From contig CM060733.1 in the NCBI GenBank assembly GCA_030704615.1, positions 73,718,001-73,782,000 of the forward strand: DNA of 64,000 nucleotides, given 5' to 3'. The stretch comes from Takakia lepidozioides. Taxonomy: Eukaryota; Plantae; Bryophyta. Numbering within the stretch: the stretch's first letter is position 1; each line of letters starts with the position of its first letter. A model generated the notes under the pieces. The model worked only from the letters and a program-made list of their open reading frames with translations. It did no database searches and was not told the DNA's origin. The translations under genes and the position numbers were made by a program. Below are positions 1 through 11,046 of this stretch, piece by piece.

Positions 1-2110
1 TAAGCCAACAATAATCGTTGGCGAGAGATGCGAATTAGACCAAGTTGATGGAACTTCAAGCTGGTCTTGGCTTTGGATTCCATGCAAAGACGGCCACATC
101 ACAGCAGGCCGCCTGTCCATAAGCCATGAAGGTGCTGCGCAGTGCATCTGCTCTGAAATCGCCCCAATTCCTGGTTTGTAGTCTCTAGGTCTCGAGGAGG
201 CAGGCCCACGCGCAGAGAAAGCAAATCGTGATACCCCACCCAACTGAGGTCGAGTGTTGGAATTAACGAGCTCTTGGTGCCTGGAGAATCCTGGAGGGGA
301 ACGACCTCGGGAACTCGTAGATAACCTGGGAACAGGTTGTAATGGCAAAAGCGTTTTGGTGTTAAAAAAAAAAAAAACCTTTTTTTTTATCTAATTTAAA
401 TGTTTAAAGAGCCTGGTTGGTCATATCTTTGTCAAATGAGCTCCGTTTGACTCAGTTTTGAGGGGATATCTGCAGAAAGGGGAAATCTACCTATCTAGAC
501 CTGGTTCTGTTTTTGGGACTCTGCTAAAAATCTATGGAATTTTTAGAGTGTGAGTGTGCCATGAAAGATCCACAATCCTGTCTCTAGAACCTGTGCTGGT
601 CTATATGAGAGACAAATTGGTGGATGTACTCCTTGCATGGCTGGGGGAAATGAGGACGTAATTGAAGGGCAGGTCTCTTCTCTTAGTCTGTGCACACAAG
701 GGGACAGGATTTATGTTTCCCAAGGAACTCAGACTGATTTGAGTGGAGAACAGTTGGACGAGTTGATTGCATACTGGGAGTCAGGCATTAGCAGTAGACA
801 ACAGACTGCTGTAGTTGGCATTGAGGGCCTCAATATCGCCTTGGACAGTCAGAACTCTGTTGGAGCCAGCAGTTCTGCAGCTGTAGGTGAAATACCAAAG
901 TGGGTGAAAGCTAGGCTTGGAACACAGCCAAAGACAGCCCCGGGGACCAAGGTGTTCAGTCACAAGGCCGTGGTGTACTGGAGCAGAGGAGCAGGAGCTA
1001 CACAAGTTTGTGCAATCAGACATGATTGCAGCCGGATACGCTCTGCACAGGGCAACCACGAGCGGGGGGGTTCATCAGCAATGACATGTTTGTTGTGCGT
1101 GAAGGAGATGCAGTCATTCGCAATGAGGACACCCGCAACCGTCTCAAGCTTTCGAGTTGAGAGACTATCAAACCCTACCTTTGTTTTCTTTAGTGTTCAG
1201 TGAGCGGGAGATAGGGAGTATTGCTTTGTCTCTACCTGGCAGAAAGAGGAGGAGGGTTGGTTAGAGCGAGCTACTGTAGCTTGGGACAAGGTTAGTGGCA
1301 GGTTTCTGGACATAGATATACCTCCTACACCTTACCATCATGCAGAGCGAGGCACTTTGAGAGAAGTCTGGCAGTTGATAGCATAGATCAGGATTAGATC
1401 TTGCTTGGTCGGGCTTCTATTCTTCCCCTCCATCTCTGTACTATTTTCATTACCTTGTACTTGTAGTTGCCAAAGCCTCTCTTGGTGGAGGCCAGTCAGT
1501 CCGGGGTTTTGGGCTGGGTGCAGGATCAGCGTTGCTGCTGGATTTTGGTGTGGGGGTGTTGATGTTTTGATTTCTTGTGTTTGGATCCCCCCAACACCTG
1601 CATGCTTGACTGTGCGCCATGTTGGTTTTGTGTGGGCGCTTGCTTTCATAGGGATTAGGCCGGATTTGATCACCGGTCAATCCTAGAGTATGCTGTCGGT
1701 GGTGAGGCTGGAGTGATGACCAGCAAGACCACCAGTGTTTCTTCTATGGTGATGGTTGATGACCAGCCAACCATAGGAGTTCTTGCGGTGGATGCAGGTG
1801 CAGGTTCCCTGAGCCATTGGGATATGACCCTTAGACTGCAACAGGTGCCCACCCGTGTCACTATTAGATTAGTACTAGAGCCTTATAGTGTCACGTGGAG
1901 GAGGTGCACATTGTGAGTGTCATTACGGAGTTACCCAAGGGTTTTGAGGGAGTACGGCTACAAGCAGTGACAGTGAGAGTGGGGTCACAAGACGAGGTAT
2001 TCGGTTCAGACCACCTTCACCGCCACCCTCAACTACTGTAGCGTCAGACACAGACTCGGAGGCTTCATCAACAGGTGTGCACTTTCATTCGCCATTGTTG
2101 TGGGACGACA

Positions 2111-2208
2111 TGGAGGTGATGTATGGAGCTACCAAGGGGCCTCGTAGGTACTCTGGAGCTGTGGGCACAATCGAGTTGGATGACTTTATCCAGGAGTTCG
2201 ACAGCTGG
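2111..2208 (+). pseudogene. gag: Gag N-terminal fragment
   Basis: MEVMYGATKGPRRYSGAVGTIELDDFIQEFDSW resembles the start of a retrotransposon gag capsid (FsG...dfl..f); it ends abruptly at the DNMT junction. Confidence 0.5.
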
Positions 2209-3000
2209 AGTTCGTGGATATCAGCAGGCCTTGCCAGCAGACATTGCGTTGCTGGGGGCGCAGGATTTGGAGCGGGTTGGCTCCATTGATCTGGTAGTGG
2301 CAGGTTGGCCCTGCCAAGGGCATTCATCAGCCGGGCATGGCAATGGATTGCGAGACTCGAGGACGGGTCTGTTTTGGGAGATGGTGCGGATTTTGCGCCA
2401 CTTGCAGCTTCATCAGGCTGTATCTCCGGCATACATCTTGGAGAATGTGCCACTGATGGGTGATTCTCGGGCCAGGGTGATGGCCAGTGTGCATCAAGTC
2501 CGGTCGTGGCTTGGGTCAGCAGTGTTGCTAGATGCAGCTGCAGTGGGGTCACGGGCTCATCGTCCACGACTATGGTGGACTAACTTGATGCCACCCGCAC
2601 TGCTCAAGCGTGCATTTGATGGGGTGCAGCGGCCAGCACACCTCACCGTGGATGGCATTTTGGACACAGGAAGGCAGTCTCAACGTGTGAGACACGATGA
2701 CCGTTCGCCTTTGGCAGTGGTCAACAGGTGGGTCAACCACGAGCAGCATTACCTACACTGCTCAGCTTCCCAGGATCCCATGCTTTTCGGGATGGTGGAC
2801 CTGGCCTCCTGTGGGATGCTCAGTTGCAGCAGTTAGTGGAGCCTAATGCCGACGAGCGAGAGCGGGCTATGGGGTTTTCCACTGGGACCACGGCGGTGCC
2901 TTCTCTTTCTGAGGCATCACGTCGTCAGGTGTTGGGGCAAGCAATGGATCTCAATTGCTTGACCTGGATTGTCAGCTTGGCTATGGCTGAGCAACGTAGA
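2203..3000 (+). pseudogene. DNA (cytosine-5)-methyltransferase domain, lacking motif I, one frameshift
   Basis: Motif IV IDLVVAGWPCQGHS (PC at 2309-2314), motif VI YILENV (ENV 2441-2449), motif VIII AHRPRLWW (2558-2578); after the frameshift at ~2727, motif IX ERERAMGF and motif X LGQAMD (2932-2949). Confidence 0.92.
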
Positions 3001-3443
3001 GTGCGGAGTGCACTTCCCTTGACGGTCTCTCTGCCTACCGAGACGGTACAGGCAGCGAGTGGGGGCGAGCCGGTGAGGACCACGAGGTGTAGACATCCAT
3101 GGCACATGTGGGAGGTGCTCGAGGTTCAGAGGGAGTTGGCAGCGAAGGCAGCTGTGATGTGATGGATGAGGTTGGGGATTCTTCTCGGGATGAGGAGGTC
3201 CTCAATGATGAGATGATGGGGCAGGATGAGGCCTTGTCATTGACTGAGCAGGAAGGGGGTACTGCTCAAGAGGTTGCAGCATAGCAACCACGGGACGCGT
3301 CCTCTACCTCTAAGCCCACTGGACTTAAGGTTGCAGTTACGGAGGACAATTGGGAGCCTGATATTGGACCCATTGTCACCGGAGGAGAGAGACGACGTAT
3401 ACGGCGGTTCCTGAGGGCTTATAGGAATTGCTTTGCCTTCAGT

Positions 3444-4140
3444 TTGAAGGACTTGGGAGCACTGAAGGGTCAAGAGATCCGTATTGAGTTGGCCACTGAC
3501 ACGCCAATCTTTCGGAGACCCTATAGATACAGTGACATGGAGAGGTCTTTGATTCAGATGAGGACTCAAGATCTCTGGGAGGCAGGTTTGGTGGAGCTCT
3601 CTGGTGGAGAGTATGCTTCAGCCACAGTGATGCCAGCTAAGAAGGATGTCTATGGCAATTGGACGGAGAGACGTATGTGCGGTGATTACCGGCCTGTAAA
3701 TCGTCAGACCAAGTCCGATAGGTATGCCATGCCAACACCAGAGGAGATCTTTGATGCCATTGGGCATTCCAAGGTCTTTAGCACGTTGGATTTACGATCC
3801 GGATATCACCAGTTGCCGATCAAGGAGGCGGATAAGCAAAAGACGGCATTCTGGGGGATCAATGAGCACGGGAAGGATTGCCTATACCAGTGGCGGTTCT
3901 TACCATTTGGGCTTAAAAACGCTCCCGCTGAGTTTCAAAGAGTCATGGACAGGATTCTAGCAGGGGTGGAGTTTGCTCGGTGCTACATAGATGACATCAT
4001 CATCTTTAGTGCGGTGGAGGAGCATGAGAGACACCTTCAGGGGGTATTTGAGCGCTTGAGGACGCAAGGATTGAAGTTACATCCGGGCAAGTGCAAGTTT
4101 TTCCACAACCAGATTGAGTATCTGGGTCACATGATATCCT
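3444..4140 (+). CDS. pol: Reverse transcriptase (Ty3/gypsy)
   Basis: RMCGDYRPVN, FSTLDLRSGYHQ, LPFGLKNAP, CYIDD (YIDD 3984-3995), YLGH. Confidence 0.97.
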
Positions 4141-4146
4141 GGAGGA

Positions 4147-6267
4147 TTGGGGGTACAACAGACTAAGGTAGAGTCCATTGCACAGGTTCCACGCCCCACG
4201 GATGTGAGCCGAGTTCGAGCTTTCATGGGGTTAGCAAACTATTACAGACGGTTTGTTAAGGGATTTAGTGCCATTGCAAAGGCTCTAACCAAGCTGACCA
4301 AGGTGGACCAGGAGTGGCAGTGGGAAGATGAGCAAGAACAAGCTTTTCAAGAGCTCAAGGCGAGGTTGACCTCGGCGCCCATCTTGAGACGACCTATCAG
4401 GGGGCGTCCTTTTCAGCTGCATACAGATTGGAGCATGCTGGGGCTTGGAGCGGTGCTCACACAGGTGGATGATGAGGGAAGAGAGTTCGTAGTGGCTTAT
4501 GCTAGCCGCTCGAACAATGCTGCAGAGTCTAAGTATAGCTCATATGAGGGAGAATGCTTAGCTGCAGTGTGGGCCGTGGCACACTTCAGGTGCTATCTAT
4601 ACGGCAATCTCTTCACCCTTGTCACGGATCACCAACCACTCAAGTGGTTGATGGAGTCAGACAAGCTTACGGGGAAGCTTGCACGGTGGGCACTCATCCT
4701 TCAAGAGTATGACTTTCAGGTGGTGCATCGACCGGGTTTGGTCAATCGAAATGCAGATGGGTTGAGTCGCAATCCATGCACGAGCCAGCAGGATGACACT
4801 GGAGCTCGGTGGCATGGTGAGACGGACGAGGAGATGGTGCCCGGATGGCATGCATCTGCATTTCTGTGTATCTTGGCAGCGGAAGGCCAGGTTGGACCTA
4901 CAACAGGGATGACTGTAGATCAAGTGTCTGAGGACCCTGAGGCCAGCAATGAGCAGGTGGCGCCAAAGATATACATGAGGATTCAGTTGTTTGGACTACC
5001 TCCGCAGTGGAGACACGCAGCCACTATGACTGCCAAGGAGAGGGATCGGATCCTACAACGAGCCAAGAGGTTCAGGTGGGAGGGGACACACCTGCTTCGA
5101 GTGTGGGAGGATGGTCGAGTGAGGATTGTGCCTCACCCAACACAGCGGGCACGGTTAGTGCGGCATGCCCATGAGGAGTTGGGGCATTTTGGGGTGCGAC
5201 GCACTCATAGTCTACTGCAGGGGCAGTATTGGTGGCGTGGTATGCACACAGAGGTGCAACAATTTGTGGCTAGGTGCATGGTGTGTGACAGGGTGCGTGC
5301 TTCATTCAACGCCCCTACTCCACAATTGCACCCTCTTCCGATCATGGGATTGGGCTACAGGTGGAGTCTTGACTTCGCAGGGCCGTTGCCACTGACCATG
5401 CGCCACAACAAGTACGTGTTGGTGATGGTGGAGCACTTCTCCAAGTGGATTGAATTGGTTCCATTGCCTGATAAGGCTAGTGAGGGAGCTGCGTATGCAT
5501 TCCTGGATTGTGTGCTTAGCCGATTCGGTGCTCCAGCTGAGGTACTCACGGACCAAGGGAGAGAGTTCTTGGGGGAGTTTCAGGCTTTGTGTGACAAGGC
5601 CTTGATAGACCACCGCACCACTTCTCGGGATCATCCTGAAGCCGATGGCTTGGCAGAGAGAGTTGTTCAGACAGTAAGTAAAGAGGGTTTGCGCAAGTAT
5701 GGCTTGCAGAAGGGACACCTAGGGGATTGGGACCTTCAGTTACCCTGGTTAGCCATGGGCTACAGGTTCAGCAAGCAAGCATCACTTGCCTCCTTCTCAC
5801 CATACTTTCTTCTCTTTGGCCGAGAGCCGGATTTGCCTACATCCATTCGCAGAGAAGCTGCTACAGTTCTTAACCTTGACGATCCGGACGTGTGGGCACG
5901 TGCATGTGAGCAGCGTGCAGAGTTGTTCAAGAGAGTCATGCCCATGGCTTTCGAGAACCTTGCCATTGCACAACACCGTGATACGTTGAGGTATGCTACC
6001 ATACGTGGTGGGGGCTATCGTCCTGGGGTTCGGAGATTCAACCCTGGTGACTATGTCTATCTGCAGCAGACTGCTCCTACGACCCTGGATGTGACTGCAG
6101 GACGTGTTATTTTGAGGGTTCGAGAGGTCTTGCCCTCAGGCGTCTTGGTCTTGGAGGGTCGGGATGGCATAACTTGGAAGGACCATGTGCGTAATTGTGC
6201 GCCATGTCACCTTCGAATGTCGATGGCAGGATTGACCCAAACCTGGCAGTGGTATCTGCAGGTTTGA
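4147..6267 (+). CDS. pol: RT thumb - RNase H - integrase
   Basis: FMGLANYYRRFV; RNase H LHTDWS / EGECLA / TDHQPL / NADGLSR; integrase HEELGH...CMVC zinc finger and DDE core (WSLDF, TDQGREF, AERVV). Confidence 0.97.
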   Translation: MGVQQTKVESIAQVPRPTDVSRVRAFMGLANYYRRFVKGFSAIAKALTKLTKVDQEWQWEDEQEQAFQELKARLTSAPILRRPIRGRPFQLHTDWSMLGLGAVLTQVDDEGREFVVAYASRSNNAAESKYSSYEGECLAAVWAVAHFRCYLYGNLFTLVTDHQPLKWLMESDKLTGKLARWALILQEYDFQVVHRPGLVNRNADGLSRNPCTSQQDDTGARWHGETDEEMVPGWHASAFLCILAAEGQVGPTTGMTVDQVSEDPEASNEQVAPKIYMRIQLFGLPPQWRHAATMTAKERDRILQRAKRFRWEGTHLLRVWEDGRVRIVPHPTQRARLVRHAHEELGHFGVRRTHSLLQGQYWWRGMHTEVQQFVARCMVCDRVRASFNAPTPQLHPLPIMGLGYRWSLDFAGPLPLTMRHNKYVLVMVEHFSKWIELVPLPDKASEGAAYAFLDCVLSRFGAPAEVLTDQGREFLGEFQALCDKALIDHRTTSRDHPEADGLAERVVQTVSKEGLRKYGLQKGHLGDWDLQLPWLAMGYRFSKQASLASFSPYFLLFGREPDLPTSIRREAATVLNLDDPDVWARACEQRAELFKRVMPMAFENLAIAQHRDTLRYATIRGGGYRPGVRRFNPGDYVYLQQTAPTTLDVTAGRVILRVREVLPSGVLVLEGRDGITWKDHVRNCAPCHLRMSMAGLTQTWQWYLQV

Positions 6268-6400
6268 GGTGCATGTTGTGTGGGTCTGCTAAAGGGGCAG
6301 CCACCATGCTGTGGTGCGATCAATGCTCTAGAGGTTGGCATATGGGATGCTTGACTCCACCTCTTGAGATGGTTCCGGATGGGGATTGGTTATGTCCATT
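6268..6400 (+). CDS. PHD finger at the integrase C-terminus (1-nt frameshift near 6215)
   Basis: CMLC...MLWCDQCSRGWHMGCLTPPLEMVPDGDWLCP fits the C4HC3 PHD pattern; the last Cys is lost. Confidence 0.9.
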
Positions 6401-6669
6401 GCATTGGATAGTGGGAGTGGATACAACCATGGAAGGCTAACAAGAAACGCAAGGCCCAGCTACTAGGAGACCTTGAACACACGAGGTCCTGGCTCAAGTT
6501 CACAGATTGCAAGATGGCGACTAACGATGGGGCTACTCTTGTACCCGGCCTCTTGGTCTATAGAGTTTGAGTACAATAGGGACAGTGATAGAGGACTTAG
6601 TACGGCTGTGGCTATTACATCTTGTAGCTATCTGGAGGTAGAGGGACCTATCCACCAGCTAGGGGGGCG

Positions 6670-7203
6670 ATTGTGGCAGACTACTTTATTGTGCATATAT
6701 GTGTGGTGTGGTTTGGACAGCGATGTAGTTGTGTAGCGATATGTATGCGCACGACAGCTGTCAAGTTAAATAAGCACAGTGTGAAAACAGCTAGAATAAA
6801 ACTAGTTATTTGTAGTTAACACTTGGATTTAGGTCAAGTGTTAAATCAGGTGTCAAGTTTAGTTTGACACCTGGTCCGTCTTATCTTCACGAGAGCGGCA
6901 GTCGCGCGGCTCATCTTTCTCGAGTTGAGCCTGCGCGACCGAGCTCCTGTGTGCGTTTAGATCTGAGTTTACTCATGATGGGAGTGTAGGTTGTTGTGGG
7001 GTGGAGTCCCCATAGCTTGGGGTGCCCCTGGCTCGACTACTGTTTTAAAGAGTGATGGTTTTGGATTTCACATGTTTCTTGTGTGGAGAGCAGTGTCATT
7101 TGTTAGCTTTCTTATCATTGTGGCAGACTACTTTATTGTGCATATATGTGTGGTGTGGTTTGGACAGCGATGTAGTTGTGTAGCGATATGTATGCGCACG
7201 ACA
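6670..7203. repeat. 87-bp exact direct duplication (6670-6756 and 7117-7203)
   Basis: attgtggcagactacttt...atgcgcacgaca occurs twice. Confidence 0.9.
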
Positions 7204-7213
7204 CATTTTTAAA

Positions 7214-9355
7214 ATGTCGACGTGTGGGCCTGGGAGTGGAGTTGACTTGGTCACTCGCATGACAACTGGAAACTTGTCGAATGCTTGGGTGATGTTTGAC
7301 CACATCGAGCAAATTACAAACCATCAGTGGGTGACTATGGGTGCACATGTTTATGACTATCACTCCAAGAGGCTCATGACGATTGCAATCTGCGAGATGA
7401 AAGGGGAGGACACACAGTCGGAGATGCATCTGTGGGAGGGCATAAATGAGCAGATGGCAAGGGCGGGTTTGCCAGAGCCCAATTTCAGGGGATTCATGGC
7501 AGACAACGCTCAGGCCAACTGGGCAGCGGTGCGGCGTGTGTACGGTGAGGACCCCAATGTTCCAATGGAGGGGAAAGAGAGATCATGTGGATTCCATTGG
7601 ATGCAGAGTCTATCTCACTACACTACCAAAATTGTTGCTAGCTCATTCCAGGCTGAACACTGTGTCATTTGTACGGCGTGGAAGGATGCACCCACATTTG
7701 ATGACGCGGAGGTTAAGTTTGCTATCATTGAGGCTTGGTGGAACACGTCAGGTGCAGTGGAGACAACCAATCTGGGAGCCTTGCACAGCTGGTTGGGGTG
7801 GTGGCATTTCCGGTATCGACAGTTTGGATAGTACATGCGGGAGGTATGACGCTGCCATTTTTGTGCAATTGTCATTCTATTACGGACCTTTCCATTGGTC
7901 CCTCACCATTGTTTCTGTCCTTGTAGGAGCGGTGTTTGGATTCCGACACGGACATGCCGAACACGAATATGGCAGAATCAGTCCACTCCTCCTGGCAAGC
8001 TTCTTCTGCCGCACATCTGGTGGACGTAGTGACGGCCACAACGGAGGACATGGACCGAGCAATCATGCAGCAAGCCACGTACTACAAGTTCCTGAGCGGG
8101 AAACAATGGGGCTTTGGGCCGGACAGGGATGAATTGTTGGTACGAACAGCTTCGAGGTCCAAGAATCCACTGAAATGGGCGACAACATTGCGAGAGAAGA
8201 TCAAAAGGATGCCTCTGCACCGCAGAGATGAACACCTAGAGGGGGACGTTGGTACTCGCCCTGTGAGGCAGAGGATTGAAGAGGAACCCAGATGCAAAGA
8301 GGATTCTTGGAGATCCGACAGGACATTCGGACAACACCTCGAGGTCCCGTCATGTTGCCGCACAATGTGTCTTCCAGCAGTGGAAGCCCAAGAGTTTCCA
8401 GATCGCCATCACCTTCAAGCGGGGATTCCGTGCGAGAAATTCCCACCGCTCGCTTGCCCCAGATTCCGCCCGCTGTTATGCAGTATGGCCAAGCCATTAT
8501 AGAGACGACTGTGTTTGCGTCACAATGGAGAATTGCTCGCACAAAGCCGGCGTTTCGAGGCAGGTGTTCCGCAATTCGAGTGGATACACGGCAACGTTGT
8601 TTAGAGATGATAAGGAGGAATCCAGATGGGACTGTCCCTGCTCCTACTTTTACATGAAGATTTGTCCATGCAAAGTTTGTGGAGGCGATAACCACCCAGT
8701 TCTGGTTCTGCAGGCACAACATTATGACTTGCGTGTATGGAAAGCCCAAGTACGGCATACAAACAATGCTAGAGGCTCCCCGGTGTGGCCGGTGGAACCA
8801 GGTTGCGATCTGAGTTAGGTTGAGGCCGACGCCCTTACTGCCACAGGCTTTCGGATAGTGCAGCGCACTGACGTCCCCAGACAACCATTTCCGCTTCCAC
8901 AGCCTCCACCACCGACCCCTGTGAGAGCAAGAACAATGGGATGCGACAGCTCTAAGCATCCTACACACCGTTGGGGGAATCCGAATAGGCGGCGACCTCC
9001 CTCAAAAGTGAACGAGACAAGGATGGGGAATACACTTCGGATGAACTGTACAATCCAGAGCTCGACAGAAGTGCCCCCACCAGGCTTCGGGCGTGTGTAT
9101 CAGATGGCCACGGCAGGCTCAGCTATTCGCAATGAGGTGTATACCATCACCATTTCAGAATTACCCACCTGCAATTGCACCGACTTCCAGATCATGGCGA
9201 ACAAGGGGGCATCATACTGCCCTTGCAAGCATTTGTACTACGTGTACCTAAAGAGACTCCGGTGTAATTCCACAACTCATCACTTCATATATGCACCAGG
9301 GTTGAGCCCCCAAGAGGTGCATACTCTTCTGAATATGGATCCAGGGGACCAGTGA
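7214..9355 (+). pseudogene. Mutator/MULE transposase with C-terminal SWIM zinc finger (fragmented; probable intron ~7844-7926)
   Basis: MFDH (first D), FMADNAQA (second D), CGFHW (CxxH), TNMAESVH (catalytic E) and SWIM CNCTDF...CPCKHLYYV. Confidence 0.85.
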
Positions 9356-10244
9356 GCTTGGCTTGCGGTCCCCACACAATGGTACGCCCATCCTTTTCGG
9401 AGTTTCAGTTATAGTAGAATGTACTGCTGCAAGTACCTTTGAGTCTGGCCACAGAAAGGTCCGACTTATGTCTTGCCTACCAGTAACCTATTTTGCTCGA
9501 ACTAAGATAATACTATGTCATTCACTTCTGTTTCCACGTGCTTGTATTTTTGTTTGTTGGAGGGTTCCTGTTTTTCTGCTCTCCCAAACTTTGCTTTCCT
9601 CATTTGACCCCTGGCAAGGAAATGCGGTGCCGCATTTCCAAGTAACGTCGTAGGTATTGGTAGATGCGGCCTTTGTCATAGCAAGATAGTCGCACGCAGC
9701 CTTCAGGGAGCCGACTGTCGCCAACACCAAACCCCCCAGAAATTTCGCACGTGCGAACCCTAATGCGGCACCCCATTTCCCAATTGAGTCGCAAACCTTT
9801 CCCGCCGAATATCTGAAGATGACAGAAATGTGAAGTACTGCATACTCTATTGGTGCAGACTCTATTGGTTCAATCGCGGTAGAAGGGTCAGCTTCATTCC
9901 AATGTTAAGGCATGTAAAACCACGGAATACTCTATACATGCGAGTATGCGACGTCCTTTTGTCGTGGTATACTGGATTTCTCGTTGCTCGGTCACTCATT
10001 TCCATGAGCGGATCTAAAAAACCATGAGCGGAGTTGTTACTGACGACATATCTTCGCCGCATTACAGGATCTGCAACTTCCAAAAACGGCAAGGTCAAAT
10101 AAAAAACTAATATTTGTATACTTTTTTAATCTGTCGCATTTCCAAATTTGGAGGAGTCCGCTCATGAAATCCGTGTGTCTTAGACTTCGGCTCACCGCTC
10201 ATGTGGCTCATGCGGCTCATGGCTCATGGCTCATGGTTTCTGCT

Positions 10245-10262
10245 CATGAAATAGTACACCTC
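10245..10262 (-). repeat. Right terminal inverted repeat of the MULE (GAGGTGTACTATTTCATG) with subterminal GCTCAT repeats
   Basis: Reverse complement matches the termini at 14404 (GAGGTTTACTATTTCATG) and 34371 (GGGGGTTGCTATTCCATG); all three are followed internally by (G)GCTCAT / ATGAGC repeats. Confidence 0.7.
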
Positions 10263-10630
10263 TTGAATGGGAAGTGGGGTGCAAAGGAAATTCTAGAGCA
10301 AAAATTCATGAGATGCCACCTACTTGCGAACCACCGGGGTGAAGCCCAAGAGGAGTATACTGACTGACCAGCCAAGGGGGCGTGCCGTGACAGAAAATTT
10401 CGGATCAGAGTTACCAACCACGCTGATGTTTCTACCTTCCAATGGCCGGCCAAGCAATCAGAAAACAAAAATAAAAGAAATAAGAGATATTGCTAAGAGT
10501 AGACGCATTTGATTCTTGGATAAGATGCTCAATGACATAAGTGATATGTTCTCTTCCGCTGCCGTATCATTTATGTCATCAGACTGACCAGAATTGTGAG
10601 TGCACACAAGTTTTGCAGGGTCCTTCTTTT

Positions 10631-10642
10631 TGGTATCAGAGC
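10631..10642 (+). promoter_or_regulatory. Primer binding site, tRNA-iMet
   Basis: TGGTATCAGAGC upstream of gag. Confidence 0.85.
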
Positions 10643-10715
10643 TACTTTCCTGTTTGACCGAACATGAAATCAAGCAACAGGTGGAGTCACTGGTAAGAGA
10701 TAAAGGCATGTTGTC

Positions 10716-11027
10716 TTGGCATGTAGAGATCAGAGTTTGATCCCAGAACAGCCAGGGATTGGTGACATTCTGATTTGCTTTAGCCAGAGAAGCACTAGCA
10801 CACATAGGGAACCTAGAGTTTATTTTTTCAATCCAGCCTGGAGGTTATACGATGGGGATATTTGTATATGTGTCCTTCATGCAGGAGGGAGGAGTACAGT
10901 AGCATTGTGGGTGAGAGAGAATGATGGCTGGAGAAGTATGAACACCATCGCTCGTGAGGTTACTTGGGGAGGTAGAGTAGAAATGTTGAGGAATGGAGTG
11001 TGGGAATGGTATAGAGGTCAACGCTGA
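10716..11027 (+). CDS. Small accessory ORF-a upstream of gag, unknown function
   Basis: Paralogous to ORF-b (P..GDI..s...P..y....GDxC....H.G....LW...W). Confidence 0.55.
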   Translation: MACRDQSLIPEQPGIGDILICFSQRSTSTHREPRVYFFNPAWRLYDGDICICVLHAGGRSTVALWVRENDGWRSMNTIAREVTWGGRVEMLRNGVWEWYRGQR

Positions 11028-11046
11028 AACAGGTTTTATCTAAGAC

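Larger units (their letters stand above)
2111..6440 (+). mobile_element. Ty3/gypsy LTR retrotransposon (decayed) with order gag remnant - C5-DNMT - RT - RNase H - integrase - PHD
   Basis: Consecutive same-strand domains in gypsy order (RT-RH-INT); frameshifts near 2727, 4140 and 6215. No LTR pair found; PPT-like AGGGGGGCGA at 6661-6670. Confidence 0.9.

Noticed and set aside
637-1203. 188-aa ORF
   Set aside because: No recognisable domain; 1-2100 could not be assigned and no LTR matching the DNMT element was found.
2123-3162. Host DNMT3/DRM gene or bacterial contaminant restriction-modification MTase
   Set aside because: Intronless, flanked by gag-like and RT sequence on the same strand, with no host regulatory domains or partner endonuclease.
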